From NCBI GenBank assembly GCA_016839745.1, contig JAEOTS010000129.1, forward strand, positions 1 to 11,775: a DNA stretch of 11,775 bases, in the 5' to 3' direction. This DNA comes from Promethearchaeota archaeon. GTDB lineage: Archaea > Asgardarchaeota > Lokiarchaeia > Sigyniarchaeales > SOKP01. The notes beneath the pieces were generated by a model, which was not told the origin of the DNA, ran no database searches, and was given only the letters and a program-made list of their open reading frames with translations. This document shows, piece by piece, positions 1 to 7,272 of the stretch (the first letter of the stretch is position 1; every line of letters starts with the position of its first letter). The position numbers and the translations under genes are program-made.

Positions 1-57
1 AAAAAATATTAAATCAATGATAAATTGAAATACTCAATCATTGTTTATGCAACCTTT

Positions 58-65
58 TTTATAAA
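58..65 (+). promoter_or_regulatory. Putative archaeal TATA box for the coiled-coil gene
   Basis: TTTATAAA at 58-65, about 29 nt before ATG 87. This is canonical spacing for a leaderless transcript. The BRE match is poor. Confidence 0.45.
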
Positions 66-74
66 TACTCGTTA

Positions 75-1004
75 ATGAATTTATCTATGAGTAGGGCTAA
101 CACAAATACCTCCCAAAGTTCAAAAAACTCTTTTAAAGAACTTCAACTTCAAATTGAAGAATTTAGACAAAAACGGGACGATTTAAATAGGAAAACTAAA
201 GGATATATTAAAGAGTTACAAGAAATTGATGTTAAAATCGAGGAATATTTATTACTTGCAAAAGACGATTACAAAAAGAAGCGAGATTACTGGAACAGTA
301 AGGTAAAGAATTTAAAAGATAAGAAAATCGAATATAAAAACAAGTTAGAGAAATTCACTGAAGAAAGAAAAAATATTATAAAAGAAAGTAGAAAGGGAAA
401 AGAAACTAAGAAGTACGTATCAGTTAAACAAATTGAAAAGAAAATCGAAAATTTAGAGAGAAGAATTGAAATCGAGAATTTGGATATTCTCGAAGAAAAT
501 GCAATGGTTGATAAAATTAGAGGCCTAGCTCAAGTTAAACAAGAGTTTTTAGCTGAGCAACAAAACAGCGATTTTTTTAAAATAGACCGTAAAATTCAGA
601 TTGTTAAAATAAATTTGAATAAGATTTATGAACAATTAAATAAGTGGTCAAATAAATCTCAAGATTACCATGCTAAGATGCATGAGATCTACCAGACTGT
701 CAATGAATTAAGAGAGAAAAAGAAAACCTTGGAAGAAAATTTAATCGAGAATAAAAAAGCAGCAGATGCATACCATGAGAAATTTTTACGGGTTATGAGT
801 AAAATAAAAAAAGATTCAAAAGCGAAACGCCCCACTTATCAGTCCAGAAAACCAAAAGCGCCTAAAAGACGAAATACATTTAGAAATGAAGAGCTAGAGA
901 AATTAAAACAAGATAAACTAGCTGCTGCCTTAGAAAAGCAGAAATCTGGTCGAAAACTAAATCTGTACGAAGCTCGGTTAATCCTTGAAAGTTCTAAAGA
1001 GTAG
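75..1004 (+). CDS. Archaeal long coiled-coil protein (COG1340-like, often mis-annotated as phosphoserine phosphatase); the true start may be ATG 87
   Basis: 309 aa, K/E-rich heptad pattern. The central IEKKIENLERRIEIENLDILEENAMVDKI and C-terminal ALEKQKSGRKLNLYEARLIL segments resemble the family pattern as recalled (EKxKxGxKLxxxE/D). No HAD motif. Confidence 0.75.
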   Translation: MNLSMSRANTNTSQSSKNSFKELQLQIEEFRQKRDDLNRKTKGYIKELQEIDVKIEEYLLLAKDDYKKKRDYWNSKVKNLKDKKIEYKNKLEKFTEERKNIIKESRKGKETKKYVSVKQIEKKIENLERRIEIENLDILEENAMVDKIRGLAQVKQEFLAEQQNSDFFKIDRKIQIVKINLNKIYEQLNKWSNKSQDYHAKMHEIYQTVNELREKKKTLEENLIENKKAADAYHEKFLRVMSKIKKDSKAKRPTYQSRKPKAPKRRNTFRNEELEKLKQDKLAAALEKQKSGRKLNLYEARLILESSKE

Positions 1005-1185
1005 AATTAAAGAGACATTACTTCTATTATTCTATGCGTATTAACTAATTTTAGCCTATAAATTTATCGTATACAATTTTTGTAATGTTTAAATATTATT
1101 TTATAAATTACCGATTCGCTTTTATACATACTTCTTAGAAAGTGCTGTATTTGACGGTGATTACCTCTTAAAACTTTCGGTCTTG

Positions 1186-1200
1186 CCAAAAGGTTTAAAA
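1186..1200 (+). promoter_or_regulatory. BRE + TATA promoter of glyA
   Basis: CCAAAAGG followed by TTTAAAA (1194-1200), a typical archaeal purine-rich BRE/TATA arrangement, ending 60 nt before the TTG start. Confidence 0.55.
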
Positions 1201-1260
1201 CAATTGGAATTTTATTTTTTTTAATGTTAGAATTAAAATAAGAAATTGACTTGATTAAAA

Positions 1261-2589
1261 TTGAAAAAGAAAATAGAAGAAATTAGAAATATCTTAATCG
1301 AACATAACGAATTATTCAATAACTCAATCCCATTAATAGCTTCAGAAAATATTACTAGTCCAGCGGTTGATGAGGCTTGTAATAGCGACTTTTCTCATAG
1401 ATATGCGGAAGGATGGGTTGGAGAGCGTGTTTATGCTGGATGCAAATATATTGATATTGTTGAAGATATCTGTATGGAACTTGCAAAAGAATATTTTAAG
1501 TGCGTTCACGCTGATGTGAGACCTATATCTGGCGTTGTAGCAAATCTGGCAATGTACAACGCATTTACTTCAGAAAACAATGGAAAAATGCTGATAATGC
1601 CAATTCCAAAGGGAGGACATATATCCCATGCCCCTAAATTTACGAAGAGCGGGATGGCAATTTATGGTACTGCTGGAACCGTACGCGGATTGAATATTGA
1701 ATATATGTCCTTTGACAATGATGAAATGAATATCGATCCAGACGCTACAGCGAAAATTATAAGAGAATTTGAACCAGAAATGGTTTTATTTGGTGGCTCT
1801 GTATTTCTTTTTCCTCACCCTGTTAAAGAACTTAGTGAAGTTGCGAAAGAAGTTGGTAGTAATGTCGGCTATGATGCCGCTCATGTAGCCGGTTTGATAG
1901 GTTCAGGTTACTTTCAAGATCCATTAAGAGAAGGAGCAGATGCGATGACTATGAGTACCCATAAAACGCTTCCAGGTCCTCAACACGGAACACTTGTATC
2001 AGATAGGGAAGATTTAATTGATATATTAAAACCCTGCATGTTTCCTGCTTTATTGTCAAACCATCATCTTCATAATGTAGCAGGTTTGGCTATTACATTA
2101 GCAGAGATGTTAGAATTTGGTAAAGCTTACCATAAAGATGTAATTAACAACGCAAAAGCCTTAGGACAAGCGTTATACGAAAGGGGTATAAATGTGCTCA
2201 TGGAACATAAAGGGTTTACTGATTCTCACCAAATTGTTGTTGATATTACTAATTTTGAAAAAACTATTGGCTTAGGGGGAGATATTGAAAGGTTAGTAGA
2301 AGATGCGAATATTATTATTAATAGAAATCTCTTACCATGGGATATCGCACAAGGTAGACACTACAAAAATCCAGGTGGTTTAAGGTTGGGAACCTCAGAA
2401 GTTACTCGTCTCGGAATGGGTAAAAGTGAAATGGTAGATATAGCAGATTTTTTCAAAGATTTACTAATTGACAAGAAAGATCCTAAAAAAGTTAAAAAAG
2501 AAGTTGCTGAATTTAAAAAAGGATTTAAAGAAATTAGATACTGTTTTCAATCTCCAAATAAAGCCTATGAATATATTAAATTTTATTAA
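1261..2589 (+). CDS. glyA: Serine hydroxymethyltransferase, archaeal type (TTG start)
   Basis: Motifs LIASEN, RYAEG, RPISG, GGHISH, YDAAH, STHKTLPGPQ (PLP lysine codon 1963-1965), NRNLLPWD and GLRLGT. Confidence 0.97.
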   Translation: MKKKIEEIRNILIEHNELFNNSIPLIASENITSPAVDEACNSDFSHRYAEGWVGERVYAGCKYIDIVEDICMELAKEYFKCVHADVRPISGVVANLAMYNAFTSENNGKMLIMPIPKGGHISHAPKFTKSGMAIYGTAGTVRGLNIEYMSFDNDEMNIDPDATAKIIREFEPEMVLFGGSVFLFPHPVKELSEVAKEVGSNVGYDAAHVAGLIGSGYFQDPLREGADAMTMSTHKTLPGPQHGTLVSDREDLIDILKPCMFPALLSNHHLHNVAGLAITLAEMLEFGKAYHKDVINNAKALGQALYERGINVLMEHKGFTDSHQIVVDITNFEKTIGLGGDIERLVEDANIIINRNLLPWDIAQGRHYKNPGGLRLGTSEVTRLGMGKSEMVDIADFFKDLLIDKKDPKKVKKEVAEFKKGFKEIRYCFQSPNKAYEYIKFY

Positions 2590-2606
2590 TTATTTTTTTT
2601 ATTTTA
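2590..2606 (+). terminator. Oligo-T archaeal terminator candidate after glyA
   Basis: TTATTTTTTTTATTTT immediately after the TAA stop. Confidence 0.4.
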
Positions 2607-2723
2607 TAACTGTTTGAATAATCAAGACTTAATTCCATTTCTTTTAATAAAAATCCCTTGTATTAGTTTATCGTCCTTTTAAAAACTTTTAATCTTAAAT
2701 TTTTAAACATATGTTTCGGTATG

Positions 2724-2739
2724 CGAAAATATTTATAAA
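2724..2739 (+). promoter_or_regulatory. BRE + TATA promoter of the ABC operon
   Basis: CGAAAATA followed by TTTATAAA (2732-2739), a near-consensus archaeal promoter ending 50 nt before ATG 2790. Confidence 0.65.
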
Positions 2740-2789
2740 GCTATTTTGAATAATATGAATTATAATGAAATCCTGTTTACAATAAAATT

Positions 2790-3761
2790 ATGAAATCTAT
2801 TCAACAAGATAATATTGAAGATTATTATATTTGGACAAATAAACTCTCAAAAGTATATGGAACTGGTACAAAAAAAATACTTGCTGTAGATGGAATTGAT
2901 TTTACAATGAGTTCAGGAGTTCATGGATTTTTGGGTCCAAATGGTGCTGGAAAGACATCAACAATTAACATGTTAATTGGAGCCATTTCAATTACAGAAG
3001 GAGATGCTTTCTTAAAGGGTAAAAAGGCTGGTACTAAAAAAGCTAGAGAATTTATAGGATTTCTCCCTCAAGATCCTGCTTTTTATGAAAAGCTTTCAGG
3101 GCTAGAATATCTTATTTTTTTAGCACGTTTGAATTCGATTCCTAAAAACATTGCAAAACAAAAAGCGCTGGATTTACTGAAATTTTTTGATTTGTTGGAA
3201 GAAAAGGATAGGAAAATCAAGACTTATTCTATGGGCATGAAACAGAAAATTGGATTAGCAGCGGGATTAATACATAACCCTAAACTCTTAATTTTAGATG
3301 AACCTACGAGCAACTTAGACCCTCTCGTAAGAAAAAAAATTATTGATTACATAAGGAAAATCTCTAAAGATATGAGTATTTTTATATCAAGTCATGTGCT
3401 TTCTGAAGTCGAACAAATGTGTGATAGAGTCACCATCATCAATAAAGGAAAGATTAAATTAACTGATACTGTACAAAATGTTAAAAATTGGTTTTCTAAT
3501 TCTACTAATCTCTATGTAATTGATACTAATTCTAATGAGACATTCCTATCCGTGGTTAAAAGGTTAGAAATGATTACAAATGCTTGGATTGATGAAAAGG
3601 AAAATAAAATTTATATTAATACTAATGATGTAGAACAATTTCAAAAGGAAATCCCAAAATTAATTATCGAAAATGAATTAATTCTAAAATCTTTTTATCA
3701 ACCCGAATCAAGTCTTCAAGATGTATTTTTAGAAATTATAAATAAGGACGAGGGAAAATGA
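2790..3761 (+). CDS. ABC-2 type exporter ATP-binding protein (CcmA/DrrA-like with C-terminal extension)
   Basis: Walker A GPNGAGKTS, Q-loop LPQ, signature YSMGMKQK, Walker B LLILDEPT, H-loop SSH and C-terminal SLQDVFL. Confidence 0.95.
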   Translation: MKSIQQDNIEDYYIWTNKLSKVYGTGTKKILAVDGIDFTMSSGVHGFLGPNGAGKTSTINMLIGAISITEGDAFLKGKKAGTKKAREFIGFLPQDPAFYEKLSGLEYLIFLARLNSIPKNIAKQKALDLLKFFDLLEEKDRKIKTYSMGMKQKIGLAAGLIHNPKLLILDEPTSNLDPLVRKKIIDYIRKISKDMSIFISSHVLSEVEQMCDRVTIINKGKIKLTDTVQNVKNWFSNSTNLYVIDTNSNETFLSVVKRLEMITNAWIDEKENKIYINTNDVEQFQKEIPKLIIENELILKSFYQPESSLQDVFLEIINKDEGK

Positions 3762-3762
3762 A

Positions 3763-4734
3763 ATGGGAGAAGAAACAACGATTAATGTAAATATGAAGGG
3801 CGAGAAATCGGGGGTAATAATGAATTTAACAACACCAGCTATTGTTCTTTTTAAAAAAACGCTGTTTAAAGACATGTTTAAAATTCCTAAATTACTCCTT
3901 TCTATCATTCTCATGATTTTAGGCCCTTTAATGGCTATTCTTACTATTCCTACAGGAATGGGATTATATTTCAATTCATTAAATGATTTTCTTGGTTTAA
4001 CTTATAGCTTTTACACATACTGTATGATGTTTCCAATTATACTTACTGTGGTTGGTGCTCCCCTTATTGCAGAAGAGTTGAAATCTGGAACAATGTTAAC
4101 GCTCATAAGTAAGCCAATTTCAAGAGGAGGAATTTTGATCACAAAATATCTAGCACTTACCTGTTTCGGATTTTTAATTAATTTAGCATCGTTATCTTTA
4201 ATAACATTAATCGCTCCATTAAAATATAATTTTGAGGGTGTAGCAGATTTCTTCGTTATAAATCTACTCTTCTCTCTAATAGTTCAATTCTTCTTTCAGA
4301 GCGTCGCATTTAGTTTTTCCTGTTTATTTAAAAAGACACGAAATGCAATATTAATGCCTTTATTGATTATTATCATTACTTTTTTTGTATTAATGTCTTT
4401 TAGACCACTCTTTATGTATATGTACCTGGATGATAGTGAAGTTCCAATATATATCCAATTTCAAATGTTCCATTTTGATTTAGGCTATCACCTGTTTAAT
4501 GCGTATATAGGGGTTTTGAGTATCATTTCAGGGGGAGTTTCTGAGAGCATGACGTATTTCCTTTACATATTTGGTTTATATACTCAAGAATTTGATCCTG
4601 ACACGTGGGAGATCACTATTACTCGCAACGATTTTTATTCACCTTTAGGATCCTTAATTTTACTACTCTCAATAGCTATTGGGTTAATGCTTTTAGGATA
4701 TTTCCTCTTTAAAAAGCGAGACATTTCGAGATAA
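3763..4734 (+). CDS. ABC-2 type permease (NosY/ABC2_membrane_2-like)
   Basis: Multiple hydrophobic segments, the family motif IAEELKSGTMLTLISKPISRxxILITKY and the C-terminal FKKRDI. Coupled to the ATPase by TGA-A-ATG. Alternative starts at 3793 and 3820. Confidence 0.9.
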   Translation: MGEETTINVNMKGEKSGVIMNLTTPAIVLFKKTLFKDMFKIPKLLLSIILMILGPLMAILTIPTGMGLYFNSLNDFLGLTYSFYTYCMMFPIILTVVGAPLIAEELKSGTMLTLISKPISRGGILITKYLALTCFGFLINLASLSLITLIAPLKYNFEGVADFFVINLLFSLIVQFFFQSVAFSFSCLFKKTRNAILMPLLIIIITFFVLMSFRPLFMYMYLDDSEVPIYIQFQMFHFDLGYHLFNAYIGVLSIISGGVSESMTYFLYIFGLYTQEFDPDTWEITITRNDFYSPLGSLILLLSIAIGLMLLGYFLFKKRDISR

Positions 4735-4736
4735 TA

Positions 4737-4751
4737 ATTTTTTCTTATTTT
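4737..4751 (+). terminator. T-rich terminator candidate after the ABC permease
   Basis: ATTTTTTCTTATTTT directly after the tandem TAA TAA. Confidence 0.35.
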
Positions 4752-4860
4752 AATTAATTAGTCATATTTGGATTTATTATTATTCAAGAAATTTTATTAA
4801 CCTTTTTTCTCAAATTTTTTTAATCTAAATAGTAAAATTTATCTTAAATTACACATTTCT

Positions 4861-4873
4861 ACAAGTATTTAAG
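4861..4873 (+). promoter_or_regulatory. Putative rpoD promoter
   Basis: ACAAG-TATTTAAG. The octamer at 4866-4873 ends 34 nt before ATG 4908. Confidence 0.4.
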
Positions 4874-4907
4874 GCATTATTTACAATTATAAAATTTGGT
4901 AAAGACT

Positions 4908-5747
4908 ATGATCCCCCTAAAACTTGATATTCTCGAACAGACTGAAAATAAATTAGTATTGTTAGTTGAAGGCATCTCAATTGAAATGATTAACGCCCTG
5001 AGACGAATTATGCTTACAGAGATACCGGTCATGGCGATAGACGAGGTTATTATTTTAAAAAATGATTCTCCGTTATATGATGAAATAATTTCTCATAGAC
5101 TTGGACTTATTCCTCTTAAAACAGATTTAGATGTATATAAATTACCACGAGAATGCGAATGTGGTGGATTTGGGTGCCCATTATGTCAAGTTTCTTTAAC
5201 CTGCGAAATTACTAATAACACTAATACCCCCTTAGAGATATACTCGGGGGATTTAAAATCAAATGACCCAAAAATAATACCAGTTGATCCTAACATCCCG
5301 ATCGTTAAGATTGATAAAAATGATAAGGTAATTATCGAAGCTTATGCGATCTTAGGACTAGCTAAAGATCATGCAAAATGGCAGGCCATTTCAAATGTGG
5401 CTTATAGGCATTATCCTTTAGTGGAACTTGATGAAAGCTTATTTAAAAAACCAGAGGAAAAACGCTTGATAGTTAAGATGTGCCCTGAAAAGCTATTTAA
5501 ATTAACCAATAATGAATCCTTAAAACTGAAAGAGGATTATTGGAAGTATTGCACTTTATGTATGTCTTGTAAGAAGAATTCAGAGGGTAAAATTAAAGTT
5601 AGTCCTAAAGAAGATGTATACATTCTTTCAATAGAAAGTGATGGTGTTTTAGAATATAAAGTTCTAATTAACCAAATTTTCAAGATATTTAATGAGAAGA
5701 TTGATGAATTTATTACAAATTTAGAAGAACTTGATATAGAATCCTAG
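4908..5747 (+). CDS. rpoD: DNA-directed RNA polymerase subunit D (Rpo3); the ORF extends upstream to TTG 4896
   Basis: Motifs NALRRIMLTEIPVMAIDEV, NDSPLYDEIISHRLGLIPL, YSGDL and GLAKDHAKW. Carries a CxCxxxxCxxC motif and a CP...CxxCxxC motif. Confidence 0.97.
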   Translation: MIPLKLDILEQTENKLVLLVEGISIEMINALRRIMLTEIPVMAIDEVIILKNDSPLYDEIISHRLGLIPLKTDLDVYKLPRECECGGFGCPLCQVSLTCEITNNTNTPLEIYSGDLKSNDPKIIPVDPNIPIVKIDKNDKVIIEAYAILGLAKDHAKWQAISNVAYRHYPLVELDESLFKKPEEKRLIVKMCPEKLFKLTNNESLKLKEDYWKYCTLCMSCKKNSEGKIKVSPKEDVYILSIESDGVLEYKVLINQIFKIFNEKIDEFITNLEELDIES

Positions 5748-5877
5748 TCGTTCAAATTCATAGCGCTTTCTATTATTTCGAAGATAATTACCAATTGCAA
5801 ATTAGACCTAAAAGGGAATTTTAAATTTTTGAATTAATGTGATATTTTTTAAAATAAAAACCATTTCACTTAATTGA

Positions 5878-7173
5878 ATGAACCTTGAAGCAATAATTTT
5901 AATTTTGGTTTTATTTGCGATTTTAATGGCTTTCTTTTCTCAAAGTAAATTCGACTACTTCCCGATTGCTTTAATTATAGGAGCAGTCGCAGTAGTATCA
6001 ATGCTCACTTTTTATAATGTTAAAGAGGAAGATATTCTTGGATTTATCAATTTTAACACATTAATATTCATATTTGCCATGCAAATAGTTATCTATTTTG
6101 CAACTCATAACCGTATCTTGGAATATCTCGCCATTAAATTGATCCATATCACGAAGGGAGATAATCGCTTATTTTTCTATATTATTTGCCTTTTTACAGG
6201 CACTTTTGTTGCCTTCATTGAGGATTTAACACTCTCTTTGATATTGGTTCCTTTGATCTACAGAACTTGCCGAGCTTTAGAGATACCTGCTGGTACTTAC
6301 ATGATGGGGATGACCATTACTATAAACATCGGTGCAATCCTCACGCCTATCTCAAGTTTAAAAAATTTAATAATTGGTGAGGAATTTGGGTGGGGTTTTG
6401 GAGAATATCTTGCCAACATGGGTATTCTATTCTTAATTTCGCTAATATCTACCATTTTCTTGATAGATCGGTTCATATTAAAAAAAGAAGAAAAGCCAAC
6501 TGAAAAAAACAAGAAGATATTGATATCTATGCTTGACCCCAGTATCGTTATCCGAAGTAAGAAGTATTTTATTATGACAATTATCATTATTCTTACAACT
6601 TTCGTGTTTATGTTCTTAGGATTCGAACCTGCCCTTGTTTCTATAATATCTGCGGCTATTCTTCTTCTAATTCACTATAAAGATACTAGTTTCTCGGATA
6701 TTAAAAACGAGATCGTGTGGAAAATCATCATAGTATTTGCGATCTTGTTCATTCTTTCTAACTCCTTATCATATTTTGGCTTTTCAGAGTTAATTTCATC
6801 AGGATTGGTGAAATTGTTAAATGATAACATTTATCTAGCCGTATTGATAACATTAGGCGTTTCTTCTCTTATGTCCGCATTCCTTGCTGGCACACCCGTA
6901 ACCATAATTCTTCTCCCGATTTTTTCAGCATTCATAGGAAAAGGTTTCTTTCCTAACCCGATCATCATTGCTTTCATAAGTGGTGTTAATATGGCTGGTA
7001 ATTTTTTACCACAAGGTTCTGCATGTGATCTTCTCACCCTAAATTTAGCAAAAAAATACAAAGTGGTGAATTTAGATTACAAACGTTTACTAAAAAACGG
7101 CGCCCTTTTCGCAATGATTCACTTTTTTATTATTTTGGGATATACAATGCTTTATACTTTAATATTAAGTTAG
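5878..7173 (+). CDS. Ion-transporter (IT) superfamily permease, ArsB/NhaD/CitM/P-protein-like; substrate unknown
   Basis: 431 aa and highly hydrophobic, with a two-repeat architecture (INFNTLIFIF versus IVWKIIIVF, and NIGAILTPIS versus NMAGNFLPQG) and a charged central loop. Confidence 0.8.
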   Translation: MNLEAIILILVLFAILMAFFSQSKFDYFPIALIIGAVAVVSMLTFYNVKEEDILGFINFNTLIFIFAMQIVIYFATHNRILEYLAIKLIHITKGDNRLFFYIICLFTGTFVAFIEDLTLSLILVPLIYRTCRALEIPAGTYMMGMTITINIGAILTPISSLKNLIIGEEFGWGFGEYLANMGILFLISLISTIFLIDRFILKKEEKPTEKNKKILISMLDPSIVIRSKKYFIMTIIIILTTFVFMFLGFEPALVSIISAAILLLIHYKDTSFSDIKNEIVWKIIIVFAILFILSNSLSYFGFSELISSGLVKLLNDNIYLAVLITLGVSSLMSAFLAGTPVTIILLPIFSAFIGKGFFPNPIIIAFISGVNMAGNFLPQGSACDLLTLNLAKKYKVVNLDYKRLLKNGALFAMIHFFIILGYTMLYTLILS

Positions 7174-7272
7174 GAAATTATTCTTCAGCGAATAAGAAAA
7201 AACCTAAGGAAAAAATAATTAATTCTTACAAAATACTTTCTCAGCACTAGAGGATAAGACACTAAAATAAAT

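Noticed and set aside
10-47. Imperfect inverted repeat CAATGA...TTGA-AATAC-TCAA-TCATTG
   Set aside because: Bulged, very AT-rich and at the window edge, so it cannot be distinguished from chance.
75-1004. Coiled-coil protein as SMC/Rad50, ESCRT-III or a cytoskeletal protein
   Set aside because: No Walker motifs or Zn hook, and its length and C-terminus fit the COG1340-like family better.
1106-1162. Hairpin as a SECIS element or a known glycine, THF or ZTP riboswitch
   Set aside because: No 5' AUGA/GA quartet, no in-frame UGA in the upstream gene and no recognisable riboswitch consensus. Retained only as an unclassified structure.
3759-3761. The only TGA stop among the called genes as possible selenocysteine read-through
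   Set aside because: The ATPase is full length, the context has no redox motif, and the next gene starts 1 nt later in another frame.
3729-3974. 81-aa minus-strand ORF
   Set aside because: Antisense shadow of the ABC ATPase/permease junction with no recognisable motif.
5745-5770. GTTCAAAT after the rpoD stop as a tRNA T-loop remnant (some archaea have a tRNA between rpoD and rpl18e)
   Set aside because: The flanks do not form a T-stem, and no acceptor, D or anticodon arm can be built.
6297-7061. Minus-strand ORFs 6297-6587 and 6831-7061
   Set aside because: Antisense shadows inside the transporter gene.
7178-7195. TTATTC-N6-GAATAA hairpin after the transporter as a terminator or element end
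   Set aside because: The 6-bp AT-rich stem has no T-tract on the + strand and no matching repeat on the other side of the gene, so a mobile-element call is unsupported.
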